64,000 nt of DNA from the human T2T-CHM13v2.0 reference genome, Homo sapiens: the NCBI RefSeq assembly GCF_009914755.1, contig NC_060927.1, one strand, 5' to 3'. Of the stretch, positions 1-15,314 are shown piece by piece (the first letter of the stretch is position 1; each line of letters opens with the position of its first letter). The notes below the pieces were generated by a model. It made no database searches, was not told the DNA's origin, and was given only the letters and a program-made list of their open reading frames with translations. A program made the translations under genes and the position numbers.

Positions 1-1262
<1,262 letters not shown>

Positions 1263-1614
1263 TTACAAGTAGCATAAACTAAGATGGATGTGTAGATAGA
1301 TACATAGGCCCCTTGTTATGTTTTCTTATCTTTCAGAACAAAAAAGTAGACAAGTTTCCTAGTCAAGATATTCCTTAGCTACAGCAGTCACAGGAAAATT
1401 ATAGCACATGTTACCTCTAATCATATATCTGTCTATAGAATGATTCATCCTGCATGTTTCTAACAGAGCGATCATTGCTCAGCACAACCCTGCTCATTTA
1501 ATTACTCCTCAGAATCCTCAAGTGGCTCTCAATACTTCCAAAATACAAGTCAAATCAGGTTTGCCTGTCTTCCAAACTCCTCAACAATTCAACTCTCAGC
1601 CATCTTTCATTTTG

Positions 1615-2031
1615 AAACACAGATTGTTTTGGTAGAATTTACATAAAATAAAATTTACTCTTTTTGATGTATAATTCTATGAGTTTTACTAACGTATATA
1701 GTCATGTGACTACAAATAAAATCAATATATAGAACATTTTCATCACCTGAAAATGTAACCTTCTGCCTCTTTGTAGGCATTCATCTCCCTCAGTCCTAGC
1801 CAGTGGCAACCACTGACTTATTTCTTGTCCTTCAACTTGACTCCTAGAAACTCATGTAAACGGAATCATAAAGGATATAGCCTTTTAAGTACGTATTGTT
1901 TCACTAACTTAATGTATTTGAGATTTATCCATATTGTTGCTTATTTAGTAGGTTGAGCCTTTCACTTTTTATTGCTATCATTCCATTATATGGATAGGCC
2001 AAAGTTTGTTTAACCATTTGTCCATTGAGAG
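1615..2031 (-). mobile_element. Old L1M 3' region, antisense; interrupted by the L1PA7/8-like element
   Basis: Degenerate L1M 3'UTR motifs (TATAGAACATTTTCATCACC, GGCAACCACTGACT, TTCCATTATATGGATA); continues at 8478 after the TSD. Confidence 0.7.
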
Positions 2032-3374
2032 ATATTTATGTGGGGATTTGCTGACAAGATGGCCAAATAGGAAAAGTTCCAGTCTGCAGCTCCCAGCGAG
2101 ATCGACGCAGAAGGTGGGTGATTCCTGCATTTCCAACTGAGGTAAGCAGTTCATCTCATTGGGACTGGTTGGAGAGTGGGTACAGCCCGTGGAGGGCAAG
2201 CCAAAGCAGGGTGGGGCATCACCTCACCCAGGAAGCACAAGGGTTGGGGGAATTATCTCCCCGACCCAAGGAAAGCAGTGAGGCACTGCACCATGAGGAA
2301 TGGTGTGCTCTGGCCCAGGTACTGCACTTTTCCCATGGTCTACACAACCCACAGATCAGGAGATTCCTTCTGGTGCCTAAGCCACCAGAGCCCTGGATTT
2401 CAAGCACAAAACTGGGTGGTTGTTTGGGCAGATACCAAACTAGCTTCAGGAGTTTTTTTTCAATACCCCAGTGGCGCCTGGAACACCAGTGAGACAGAAT
2501 CGTTCACTCCCCTGGAAAGGGGGCTGAAGCCAGGGAGCCAAGTGGTCTGGCTCGGGGGATCCCACCCCCATGGAGGCCAGCAAGCTTGGATGCACTGGCT
2601 GGAAGTTCTCGCTGCCAGCACAGCAGTTTGAGGTTGACCTGGGATGCTCAAGCTTGGTGTGGGGAGGGGCCTCTGCCAATGCTGAGACTTGAGTAAGTGG
2701 TTTTACCCTTACAGAGTGAACAAAGCTGCAGGGAAGTTCAAGCTGGGCAGAGCCCACCGCAGCTCAGCAAGGCCATGGTGGCCAGACTGCCTCTCCAGAT
2801 CCCTCCTCTCTGGGCAGGGCATGTCTGAAATAAAGGCAGCAGCCCCAGCTGCTTATAGATAAAACCTCCATATCCCAGGGACAATGCACCTAGGGGAAGG
2901 GGCAGCTGTGGGCGCAGCTTCAGCAGACTTAAACATTCCTGCCTGACAGCTCTGAAGAGAGCAGCAGATCTCCCAGCACAGAGTTTCAGCTCTGCTAAGG
3001 GTAAGACTTCCCCATCAAGTGAGTCCCTGACCCCTATGTATCCTGACTGGGAGACACCTCGCAGTAGGGGCTGACATACACCTCATACAGGAGAGCTCTG
3101 GCTAGCATCTGGCAGGTGCCCCTCTGGGACGAAGCTTCCAGAGGAAGGAACAGGCAGCAATCTTTGCTGTTCTGCAGCCTCCACTGGTGATTCTCAGGAA
3201 ACAGGGTCTGGAGTGGACCTCCAGCAAACTCCAGCAGATCTGTAGCAGAGGGGCCTGTTAGAAGGAAAACTGACAAACAGGGATAGCATCAATATCAACA
3301 AAAAGGACGTCCACTCAGAGACCCCATCTGAAAGTCACCAACATCAAAGACCAAAGGTAGATAAATCCACTAAG

Positions 3375-4398
3375 ATAGTGAGAAACCAGTGCAAAAAGGC
3401 TGAAAATTCCAAAAGCCAGAACACCTCATCTCCTCCAAAGGATCACAACTTCTGGCCAGCAAGGGAATAAAACTGGATGGAGAATGAGTTTGACAAATTG
3501 ACAGAAGTAGGTTTCAGAAGGTGGGTGATAACAAACTCCTCCGAGCTAAAAGAGCATGTTTAACCCAATGCAAGGAAGCTAAGAACCTGGAAAAAAGGTT
3601 AGACAAATTGCTAACTAGAATAACCAGTTTAGAGAAGAACATAAATGACCTGATCGAGCTGAAACACAGCATTAAAACATCCTGATGCATAAACAAGTAT
3701 CAATAGCTGAATCAATCAAGCAGAAGAAAGCATCTCAGACATTGAAGATCAACTTAATGAAATAAAGTGAGAAGACAATATTAGAGAAAAAAGAATAAAA
3801 AGGAATGAACAAAGCCTCCAAGAAATATGGGACTATGTGGAAAAAAACTAAATCCACATTTAATTGTTGTACCTGAAAGTGACGGGGAGAATGGAATCAA
3901 ATTGGAAAACACTCTTAAGGATATTATCCAGGAGAACTTCACCAACCTAGCAAGGCAGGCCAACATTCAAATTCAGAAAATACAGAGAACACCACAAAGA
4001 TACTCCTCAAGAAGAGCAACCCCAAGACACATAATTGTCAGATTCACCAAGATTGAAATGAAGGAAAAATTATTAAGGGCAGCCAGAGAGAAAGGTCGGG
4101 TTACCCACAAAGGAAAGCCCCTCAGACTAACAGGAGATCTCTCAGCAGAAAACTTACAAGCCAGAAGAGAGTGGGTGCCAATATTCAACATTGTTAAAGA
4201 AAAGATTTTCAACCCAGAATTTCATATCCAGCCAAACTAAGCTTCATAAGTGAGGGAGAAATAAAATCCTTTACAAACAAGCAAATGCTGAAAGATTTTG
4301 TCACCACCAGGCCTGCCTTACCAGAGCTCCTGGAGGAAGCACTAAACATGCAAAGGAACAACTGGTACCAGTCACTGCGAAAACATACCAAATTATAA
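3375..4398 (+). pseudogene. L1 ORF1p remnant (start ATG mutated to ATA; frameshifts and stops)
   Basis: ORF 3827-4240 encodes ORF1p RRM motifs (VPESDGENGIKLENTLKDIIQENF, RRATPRHIIVRFTK, REKG); ends AAATTATAA. Confidence 0.88.
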
Positions 4399-4461
4399 AG
4401 ACCGTCGACATTATGAAAAAACTGCATCAATTAACATGTAAAATAACCAGCTAGTGTCATA

Positions 4462-7400
4462 ATGACAGGTTCAAATTCCCAAATAACAATATTAACCTTA
4501 AATGTAAATGGCTTAAATGTCCCAATTAAAAGACATAGACCGGCAAACTGGATAAAGAGTCAAGACCCATCAGTGTGCTGTATTAAGGAGATCCAGCTCA
4601 TATGCAAAGACACACATAGGCTCAAAATACAGGGATAGAAAAAGATTTACCAAACGAATGGAAAGCAAAAAAAAAGCTACGGTTGTATTCTTAGTCTCTG
4701 GTAAAACAGACTTTAAACCAACAAAGATCAAAAGAGAAAAAGAAGGGCATTACATATTGGTAAAGGGACCAATGCAGCAAGAAGAGCTAACCATACTAAA
4801 TATGTATGCACCAAATACTGGAGCACACAGATTCATAAAGCAACTTCTTAGAGACCTACAAAGAGGCTTAGAATCCCACACAATAATAATGGGAGACTTT
4901 AACACCCCATTGGCAATATTAGACAGATCAATGAGACAGAAAATTAACAAGGATATCCAGGACTTGAACTCAGCTCTGGACCAAGCAGAACTAATAGACA
5001 TCTACAGAACTCTCCACCCCAAATCAACAGAATATACATTCTTCTCAGCACCTCATCACACTTATTCTAAAATTGAGCACATAATTGGAAGTAAAACATG
5101 CCTCAGCAAATGCAAAAGAATGGAAATCACAACAGTCTCTCAGACCACAGTACAATCAAAGTAGAACTCAGGATTAAGAAACTCACTCAGAACAGCAAAC
5201 AACATGGAAACTGAACAATGTGCTCCTGAATGACTACTGGGTAAATAACAAAATAAAGACAGAAATAAAGATGTTCCTTGAAACCAATAAGAACAAAGAC
5301 ACAATGTACAAGAATCTCTAGGACACATTTAAAAGAGTGTTTAGAGGGAAATTTATAGCACTACATGCCCACAAGAGAAAGCAGAAAATATCTAAAATTG
5401 ACACACTAACATCACAATTAAAAGAACTAGAGAAGGAAGAACAAACAAATTCAAAAGCAGCAGATGACAAGAAATAACTAAGATCAGAGCAGAACTGAAG
5501 AAGATAGAGCCATGAAAAATACTTCAAAAAATCAATGAATCCAAGAGTTGGTTTTTTGAAAAGATCAACAAAATAGACTGCTAGCCAGACTAATAGAGAA
5601 GAAAAGAGAGAAGAATCAAATAGGCACAATAAAAAATGATAAAGGGGATATAACCACTGATCCCACAGAAATACAAACTACCACCAGAGGATACTATAAA
5701 CACGTCTATGCAAATAAACTAGAAAATCTAGAAGAAATGGATAAATTCCTGGACACCTACACCCTCCCAAGTCTAAACCAGGAAGAAGTCGAATCCCTGA
5801 ATAGACCAATAAAAAGTTCTGAGATGGAGGCAGTAATTAACAGCCTACCACCAAAAAAAAATCCTGGACCAGACAGATTCACAGCTGATTTTTATGAGGG
5901 ATACAAAGAGGAGCTGGTACCATTCCTTCTGAAACTATTCCAAACAATAGAGAAAGAGAGAATCCTTTCTAACTCATTTTATGAGGCCAGCATCATCCTG
6001 ATACCAAAAGCTGGCAGAGACACACACAAAAAAGAAAATTTCAGGTCAATATCCCTGATGAACATCGATGCAAAAATCCTCAATAAAATACTGGCAAACC
6101 AAATCCAGCAGCACATCAAAAAGCTTACGCACCATGATCAAGTTGGCTTCATCCCTGGGATGCAAGGCTGGTTCAGCATACTCAAATCAATAAACGTAAT
6201 TGATCACAGAAACAGAACCAATGACAAAAACCACATGATTATCTAAATAGATGCAGAAAAGGCCTTCGACAAAATTCAACAACGCTTCATGGTGAAAGCT
6301 CTCAATAAACTAGGTATTGATGGAACAGATCTCAAAATAATAAGACCTATTTATGACAAACCCACAGCCAATATCATACTGAATGTGCAAAAACTGGAAG
6401 CATTCCTTTTGAAAACTGGCACAAGACAAGGATGTCCTCTCTCACCACTCCTATTCAACACAGTATTGGAAGTTTTGGCTAGGGCAATCAGGCAAGAGAA
6501 AGAAATAAAATGTATTCAAATAGGAAGAGAGGAAGTCAAATTGTCTCTGTTTGCAGATGACATGATTGTATATTTAGAAAACCCCAACATCTCAGCCCAA
6601 AATCTCCTTAATCTGATAAGCAACTTCAGCAAAGTCTCAGGATACAAAATCAATGTACCAAAATTACAAGCATTCCTATACACCAATAACAGACAAATAG
6701 CCAAATCATGAGTGTACTCCCATTCAGAATTGCTACAAAGGCAATAAAATACCTAGGAATGCAACTCACAAGGGATGTGAAGGACCTCTTCAAGGAGAAC
6801 TACAAACCACTGCTCAAGGAAATAAAAGAGGACGCAAATAAATGGAAAAACGTTCTATGCTTATGGATAGGAAGAATCAATAACATGAAAATGGCCATAG
6901 TGCCCAAAGTAATTTATAGATTCAATGCTTTCCCCAACAAGCTACCATTGACTTTCTTCACAGAATTAGAAAAAAAACTTTGAATTTCATATGGAACCAA
7001 AAACAAAAGTCCACATAGCCAAGAAAATCCTAACTAAAAAGAACAAAGCTGGGGGCATCATGCTACCTGACTTCAAACTATACTACACGGTGACAGTAAG
7101 CAAAACAGCATGGTACTGGTCCCGTAACAGATATACAGACCAATAGAACAGAACAGAGGCCTCAGAAATAACACCACACATATACAACCATCTGATCTTT
7201 GACAAACCTGACAAAAACAAGCAATGGGGAAAGAATTTCCTATTTAATAAATGGTGTTGAAAAAACTGGCTAGCCATATGTAAGAAACTGAATCTGGACT
7301 TTCCTTACACCCTATACAAAAATTAACTCAAGATGGATTAAAGGCTTAAATGTAAACCCTAAAACCATAAAAACCCTAGAGGAAAACCTAGGCAATACCA

Positions 7401-8253
7401 TTCAGGACATAGGTGTAGACAGAGACTTCATGACTAAAACACCAAAAGCAAAGGCAACAAAAGCCAAAATTGACAAATGGAATCTAATTAAACTAAAGAG
7501 TTTCTGCACAGCAAAATAAACTATTTTCAGAGTTAACAGGCAACCTACGGAAAGGGAGAAAAAATTTGCAATCTATCCATCTGACAAAGGGCTAATATCC
7601 AGAATCTACAAAGAACTTAAACAAATTTACAAGAAAAAAACTCAGTGGCCAAAGGCTATGAACACACACTTTTCAAAAGAAGACATTTATGCGGCCAAGA
7701 AACATAAAAAGCCCGTCATCACTAGTAATTAGAGAAATACAAATCAAAGTCACAATGAGATACCATCTCCTGCCAGTTAGTATGGCGCACATTAAAAAGT
7801 CAGGAAACAACCCATGCTGTAAAGGATGTGAAGAAATAGAAACGCTATACACTGTTTTTGGGAGTGTAAATTAGTTCAACCATTGTGGAAGACAGTGTGG
7901 CAATTCCTCAAGGATCTAAAACTAGAAATCCCATTTGACCTAGTAATCTCATTACTGGGTATATAGCCAAAGGATTATAAATCATTCTACCATAAAGACA
8001 CGTGCACATTTATGTATATTGTGGCACTGTTCACAATAGCAAAGACTTGGAACAAATCCAAATGCCCATCAATGATATACTGGATAAAGAAAATGTGGCA
8101 CATGTACACCATGGAATACTATGTAGCCATAAAAAGGATAAGTTTATGTCTTTTGCAGGTACATGGATGAAGCTGGAAACCATCATTCTCAGCAAACTAA
8201 CACAAGAACAGAAAATCAAACACCGCATGTTCTCACTCATAAGTGGGAGTTGA
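4462..8253 (+). pseudogene. L1 ORF2p remnant (endonuclease, reverse transcriptase, Cys-rich domain), fragmented
   Basis: ATGACAGG start; IMGDFNTPL endonuclease motif; [13 protein letters not shown] and [11 protein letters not shown] motifs; split into many short ORFs; ends HRMFSLISGS. Confidence 0.9.
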
Positions 8254-8477
8254 ACAATGAGAACACATGGAAACAGGAAGGGGAACATGACACACTGGGG
8301 ACTGTCGGGAGCTGAGGGGCTAGGGGAGGGACAGCATTAGGATAAATACCTGATTAGATGATGAGTTGATGGGTGCAGAAAACCACCATGGCACCTATAT
8401 GTCTTTTGTAACAAAACTGAACGTTCTGCACATGTACCCCAGAACTTAAAATATATTAATAAAAAATATATTTATGT

Positions 8478-9870
8478 TTCTACATATTGACAAATATGAA
8501 TAAATTGTTATTAAAAATTGTGCACAAGATTCTTCCTAAATATGTTTTCACTGTTCTTGAGAAAATGCCTAGGTATAGGATTTCTAAGATTTTATGAAGT
8601 CAAATAAAAACTCTAGGAAATCACCAAACTGTTTTCCAAATTGTTTTTACCACTTTACATTTCCACCAGCAGTGTTCCGCATCTTCCAGTTGTTCCACAT
8701 CTTCACTAGAACTTAGTATTGTAGGGGTTTTTTTGTTCCCTTTAACTTTCTAAAGCTGTGTAATGGTACCACATTAATCTCATTGTGATTGTAGCTTGCA
8801 TTTTTCAAATGACATTGAGTATCATTTAATGTGCTTATTATATATTGTCAAATGTCAGTTCAATATTTTGCCAGGTTTTAATTGGATTATTTTTCTCATT
8901 ATTGAGTTTTAAAAGTTATTTACATATTCCTAATAGGCATCTTGTATTAAGTATGCATTTTTCAAATATTTTCTGGGTCATTTCTTTCTCAACAATATCT
9001 TTTAAAGAATGAATGTTTTAAATTTTGATAAAGATCCATTTATCAATATTTTTTATGAATTTTAATTTTGGTGTCATATTTAAGAATTATTTGCCTAACA
9101 TAAGATCACACAAATATTTCTGAGTATTTTGTTTCTCGAAGTTATTTAATGACATGGTTTGGCTCTGCGTCCCCACCCAAATCTCATCTTGTGGCTCGCA
9201 TAATTCCCACATGTTGTGGGAGGGACCTGGTGGGAGATGATTGAATCCTGGGGGCTCGTCTTTCCAGTACTGTTCTCCTGACCATGAATGAGCTCAAAAG
9301 ATCTGATGGTTTTAAAAACAGGAGTTTCTCTGCACAAGCTCTCTCTTTTCTTGATGCCATCCATGTAAGATGTGATTTGATCCTCCTTGCCTTCTGCCAT
9401 GATTGCGATGCCTCCCCAACCATTTGGAATTGTAAGTCCAATAAACTTCTTTCTTATGCAAATTGCCCAGTCTCTGACATGTCTATCAGCAGTGTGAAAA
9501 TGGACTAATACATATAATTTTCTGTTTTATATTTAGATGTACAATTTATTCTGATTTAAATTTTTGTGTGTTATAGATCAAGTCCTTTTCTTTTTGTCTT
9601 TCATTCATTACTATTTTTATTTTTGCATATAGATGAACATTTCTTTCACCACAACTTATTGGTGACTGTTCTTTAGCCACTGATTTGCCTTTGTGTCTTT
9701 TTCAAATTGATCGTACATGGGTGAGTGTATTCCTGATACATTCATATTTGTGTCTGTCCTTTTGCTAAAACAATGCTGTCTTAATTATTAATATTATTCA
9801 TATTATGCCTCTTTAATAAATCACTTAATGTGAATCTTCCAACTTAGTTCTTTTAAAAAATTGTTTATTC
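8478..9870 (-). mobile_element. Continuation of old antisense L1M, interrupted by a THE1 LTR
   Basis: CCAAACTGTTTTCCAAA, TTTACATTTCCACCAGCAGTG and TTTTGGTGTCATATTTAAGAA are typical antisense L1 ORF2 3' motifs. Confidence 0.7.
9150..9512 (+). mobile_element. THE1B/C-like solo LTR (ERVL-MaLR)
   Basis: TGACATGGTTTGGCTCTG...GGACTAATACA termini; imperfect 5-bp TSD TTTAA/TATAA. Confidence 0.88.
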
Positions 9871-10111
9871 CACTTTACTTAAATGTGTATGTATCCATCA
9901 ACAGAGCTTTAAAGTACGTCGTGTAAAATCTGATACAATTGAAAGAAGAAACCAACAAATGCACAATTATTCTTAGGAACCTCAGCACTCTCTTTTCAGT
10001 AATTTATAGAACAAACAAATGAAATCAGCAAAGATATAGAAGACTTAAAAAATACTGTCAAGTAACTTGACCTAATTGACATTTAGAGAACATTCCATCA
10101 AACAAAAGCAA

Positions 10112-10172
10112 TATCTATCTATCTATCTATCTATCATCTATCTATCTATCTATCGTCTATCTATCTATCTAT
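10112..10172. repeat. (TATC)n tetranucleotide microsatellite, imperfect
   Basis: Read directly from the sequence. Confidence 0.95.
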
Positions 10173-10871
10173 ACACTTTTCAATTGCATATGGAACGTTC
10201 ACCAAATAGACCACAGTCTGGGACAAGGGTGTTCAACTATAAAAAAAAATCATTCAATGTGATCCACATAAAAGCAGACTAAGCAAGGAAAACAACACAT
10301 AATCATATCAATATACAAAGAAATGCATTTGACAAACTCAAAATTCATGTATGATTAAAAAAAATTCTCCACAAACCTAGAAGGTGATTTCCTTAATATG
10401 AAGAAGAATATCTATTTAAAAATTTACAGCTAACATTATACCTAATGGAGAACTGCTGAATGACTACCTCTATTGGAAAGACTAAGCAATGAAAATACAC
10501 TTTTAGTACTCCTATTCAATATTACAGTGCTTCCAGTCCTAGCAAGTGCAAGTAAGTGCAATAAGGAAAGAAAAAAGATTTTAAAATGCATGCAAATTGA
10601 AAAGGAAGAAGTAAAAAAAAAATCCCCAGTGATAGACTAGATGATCATCTATGAAGAAAATCTCAAAAAAATCTACAAAAAAGCTCTCAGAGTTAGTAAG
10701 TGAGTTTAGTACGTTTGTGGCATAAAAGTTTGACATAGGAAATCAATCATTATTTTATATATTAATAATTAACAATTGAAAACCAAAATACTAATACTAA
10801 TTATCATATTTCTTTAAAAATGATATATGTAAGTATGAATATAACAAAACATATTTAAGATATATATATGG

Positions 10872-11236
10872 TGATATGGTTTGGCTCTGTGTCCCCACCC
10901 AAATCTTATGTGGAATTGTAATCCCAAAGTGTGGAGGGAGGGACCAGGTGAGAGGTGATTTGATCATGGGGGCAATTACTTCAGCTGTTCTCATGATAAT
11001 AAGTGAGATCTTACTAGAGCTGATGGTTTTAAGTGTGGCACTTCCTTGCTCTTTTCCTCTCTCTCCTGCTGCCTTGTAAAGAAGGTGTTTGCTTCTCCTT
11101 CACATTCTGCCATGGTTGTAAGTTTCCAGAGGTTTTTCCAGTCATGCAGAACTGAGAGTCAATTAAACTTCTTTTATTTATAAATTACCCAGTCTCAGAT
11201 AGTCTCTTCATAGCAGTGTGAAAATGAACTAATACA
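10872..11236 (+). mobile_element. THE1D-like solo LTR
   Basis: TGATATGGTTTGGCTCTGTG...ACTAATACA; perfect 5-bp TSD TATGG at 10867-10871 and 11237-11241. Confidence 0.9.
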
Positions 11237-14200
11237 TATGGTAAACATTACAAAATGTTAACAAAAAATTAAGGAAGACCTAAATAAATGGAGAGACATA
11301 CCACAGGTATGAACTGGAAGGCTCATTATAGTTAAAAAGCAATTTTCTATAAATTGATTTCTAGATTTAAGGCAGTTTAAATTAAAATATTCTCAGGATT
11401 CTTTTTAGATATCGACAATTTTATTATGAAATGTGTACGGAAAGTTAAAAGCACTAGAATAGGCAAACCAATTTGGATAAAGAACAAGGTTGAACGCCTT
11501 ACACTACTTGACATTACAAAATACAAAATTTAGCCCAGGAAAAGTTGGACATGTAGACCAATGGAACAAAGTACAGTTTTACAAAATAGCCTGTACAAAT
11601 ATGGCCAACAGATTTTTGAAAAAGGTGTAAAGGTAATTAAATAAAAATCTTTTTGAGAAATGATTGTAGAACAATTGAATATTCATGTGCAAAACTGTAA
11701 ATGTTGATCTACAGCTCCTTCTTCTCCAAAAACATGTTTTAAATGGATCATAGATCTAAATGCAAAACATAAAACTGAAAAAAAAATCTTAGAAGAAAAC
11801 ATAGAAGGAACTCCTTGATGAGAGGAGGCAGAATAAGATAGCAGAATAAGAGGCTCCATCAATCATCCTCCCTTCAAGGACATCAAGTTAACAACTATTT
11901 ACACAGAAAAAAAAAAAACACCTTTATGAGAGCCAAAAGTCAGATATGCACCCATAGTACCTGGTTTTAACTTCATATTGCTGAAAGAGGCACTGAAGAG
12001 ATAGAAAAAACTGTCCTGAATGCCAGCATTACTCACCCAATGCCCTTCCTCTGGAAGTGGTGGCATGGTGTGTAGAGCACCCCTGGACACCAGGGAAGGG
12101 AGAAAACAACAATTGTGAGGCATTAAAAATGCTGTTCTGTTAGAGCTGAAAGAAAAACTGGACTAAACTCAGCTGACACCTGCACATGGAGGGACCATTT
12201 AAACCACTCCTAGCCAGAGGGGAATCACAAATTCCAGTGGTCCAAACTTGAGTTCCCACAAACGTCACCACAGAGGGCTACAGTGCTCTGTTTCTCCATG
12301 TAAACCTGAAAGGCAGTCTAGGCCATAGGACTGCAACTATTAGGTGAGTCCTAGTGCTGAACGGGGCCCAGGGACAATGGACTGAAGGAGCATGTGCCAT
12401 ACTGATACATCAAGTGGGGTAGTCAAGAGAGTTCTGGCATCACCCTTCCCCTAATCCCAGGCTGCACAGCTCATGGCTTCAAGACAGACCCTTTCCTTTT
12501 GCTTGATGAGAGGAAAGAGTGGGGAGGTCTTTGTCTTGCATCTTGGATACAGTCTCAGCCACAGCAGAAGGGATGAAGCACCTGTTTCAGGCCATAGCAT
12601 CCAGGTGACATTTTTAGACACACTCGGGACAAAAAGGGAACCCACTGCCATGAAAGGAAGGATGCAGTCCTGGCAGCATTAATTACCTGCTAACTTAAGA
12701 GCCCTTGGGCCCTGAATAACCAGCAGTATACCCAAGTACTATGTTGAGGGACCTGTGTGACTCAGCACATTACCAGCTATGGTGGCCGTGGGGCAAAACT
12801 CCTGCTTAACAAAAGCAGAGGGAAAAGTAAAGGGGACTTTGTCTTGCACCTTAGGTACCAGCATGGCCACGGGGGAGACAAGCCCCGAGTAGGCTTTTGA
12901 AGTCCCTGATGACAGAACTTGACTTCTGCATGGCATTTCTGGACCTGCCCTAAGCCAGCGAGGAGACCACTGCTATCAAGGGTGAGTCCCATACCAGGCA
13001 GAATTCACCATTCACCACAAGCTAACTTAAGAGGAAATATCAATGGTAGTCTGTCAGTACTCCTTGTGGCTTGCGGTGGAGGTAGCTACAGGGTGAGGCA
13101 ACTCTGCCTTTGGAATGGAGAGGAAAAAGTGGGAAGGATTACTTCTTACGGTTTTAGTGCCAGCTCAGCCATAGTACAACAGAACACCAGGTAGACTTAT
13201 TAGGTTTTTGACTCGTCCCTGACTCCTGGATGACACCTCTGGACCCACCTCAGGCCTGGGAAGGCACTGCCCTGAAGGAAAGAACACAGGCCTGGCTGGC
13301 TTTGCCAGTAGCTGACTGTAGAGCCCCAGGCCCTTGAGCAAATATAGGCAGTAGCAAAGGAGAGGTTACAGCAGGCCTTAGGTGAGACCCAGTGCTGTGT
13401 TGGCTTCAGGTCTGACCCAGAAGAGTCATAGTGGTGGTGGCCACATGGGTGCTTGTGTCACTCCACCCCCAGTTTTAGGTGACTTAGAACAGAGAGAGAA
13501 ACCCTGTTTGTTTGTGAGAAAGTAAGGAAGAGAACAAGAGTCTTTTCCTGATAATCCAGAGAATTCTCCCGGTTCTTGTCCAGGACCATCAGGTAGTACC
13601 TCTACAAGTCTGCAAGAACCACAGTGTTGCTATGTTTAAGGTGTCCCTTAAAGCAGATACAGCTTACATCACAACACCCAAGTCCTTTCAAATATCTGAA
13701 AAGCCTTCCCATGAAGGATGGCTACAAATAAGCCCAGACAATGAAGACAACAATAAATACCTAACTATTCAATGCCCAGACACCAAAGAGCATCTACTAG
13801 CATCAACACCGTCCAAGAAAACATGACTTAATCAAATGAACAAAATAAGGCACCAGGGACCAATCCTAGAGAAACAGAGATATATGACCTTTCAGACAGA
13901 TAATTCAAAATAGTTCTGTTGAGTAAACTCAAAGAAATTCAAGATAGCACAGATAAAGTATTCAGAATTCTCTCAGAAAAATCTAACAAAGAGATTGAAA
14001 TAATTTAGAATAACCACGCAGAAATTCTGAAGCTGAAAAGTGCAAATGGCATAGTGATAAATGCATCAGAGTCTGTTAATAGCAAAATTGATGAAGCAGA
14101 AGAAAGAATTAGTAAGCTGAAAGACAGGCTATCTGAAAATACACAGTCAAAGGAGACAAAAGAAAAAGAATAAAAAACAATGAAGCACACCGACGGGATC

Positions 14201-15213
14201 TAGATAATGGCCTCAAAAGGGCAAATCTAAGAGTTATTGGCCTCAAAGCAGGCATAGAGAAAGAAATAAGGGTAGAAAGCTTATTCAAAAGGATAATAGC
14301 ACAGAACATCTCAACCCTAGAGAAAGATATCAATATCCAAGTACAAGAAGGCTCTACAATACCAAGCAGATTTAGCCCAAAGAAGACTAACTCAAGGCAT
14401 TTAATAATCAAACTCCCAAAAGTCAAGGATAAAAATAAGAATTATAAAAGCAACAAGACAAAGGAAACAAATAACCTACAATAGTGCTCCAATAAATCTG
14501 GAAGCAGACATTTCAGTGGCAACCTTACAGGCCAGCATAGAGTGGTATAACACATTTAAGTATGAAAGGAAAAATGCTTTTACTCTAGAACAGCAGATTG
14601 AGCGAAAATATCCTTCAAACATGAAGGAGAAATAAAAACTTTCCCAGACACACAAAAGCTGAGGAATTTCATTAACATCAGACCTGTCCTACAAAAAATG
14701 CTAAAAGGAGTACTGAGTACTTCAATCAGAAAGACAAAGACATTAATGAGCCATAAGTTATCACCTGAAGGTACAAAACTCACTGGTAATCATAAGTACA
14801 TAGAAAAACACATAATATTATAACCCAGTAGCAGTGGGGTGTAAACCACTCTTATCCTAAAGTATAAAAACTAAATGGTGAACCAATAAAAAGAAAATAA
14901 CTACAATGACTTTTTAAGACAGCACAATATAGTATAAATAGAAACAACAAATATTAAAAAGGAGGGAGATGAAGCTAAGGTGTAGAGATTTTGGAGGTTA
15001 TTTTTGCTTGTTTTTTTGCTTGTTTATGCAAACAGTGTTAAGTTTTTATCAGGTTTAAATGATGTGTTATAAGATAGTATTTGCAAGCCTTATGGTGACC
15101 TCAAAACAAAAAAGCATACAATGCATACACAAAAAATAAAAAGAAAGAAACTAAATCATATCACCAGAGAAAAATCATCTTTACTAAAGGAAGACAAGAA
15201 GGAAAGAAGGAAG

Positions 15214-15314
15214 TGATAGCAATAAGAGGTAGAAAAATCCTAGGCAGACAGAGGCAGGTCCTGGGTGAAACCCCACCTTCTAGCCAAAGACAGTTTAAAG
15301 CCTGAAAGCCAGGG
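15214..15314 (+). mobile_element. ~100-bp 5' fragment of an ERV1-type LTR (LTR1/LTR28-group-like)
   Basis: Starts TGATAGC, contains CCTAGGCAGACAG...GTGAAACCCCACCTT...AGACAGTTTAAAGCCTGAAAGCC and ends abruptly. Family assignment from memory. Confidence 0.5.

Larger units (their letters stand above)
2042..8467 (+). mobile_element. Full-length inactive LINE-1, L1PA7/L1PA8-like, with target-site duplication
   Basis: 5' end CAAGATGGCCAAATAGG, ~1.33-kb 5'UTR, ORF1 and ORF2 remnants, 3'UTR GGGGCTAGGGGAGGG. TSD ATATTTATGT at 2032-2041 and 8468-8477. Confidence 0.92.
9880..11817 (+). mobile_element. Old sense L1M ORF2 fragments; host of the THE1D LTR and the L1MA element; continues at 18732
   Basis: Degenerate ORF2 motifs (GACCTAATTGACATTTAGAGAAC, GCATTTGACAAA, GAAGACCTAAATAAATGGAGAGACATACCA). 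Confidence 0.7.

Noticed and set aside
2446-2757. Antisense ORF homologous to L1 ORF0
   Set aside because: The frame is open, but the expected ATG reads TTG (2677-2679); no evidence of function.
2042-8467. Potentially active full-length L1
   Set aside because: ORF1 start is lost and both ORFs have many stops and frameshifts.
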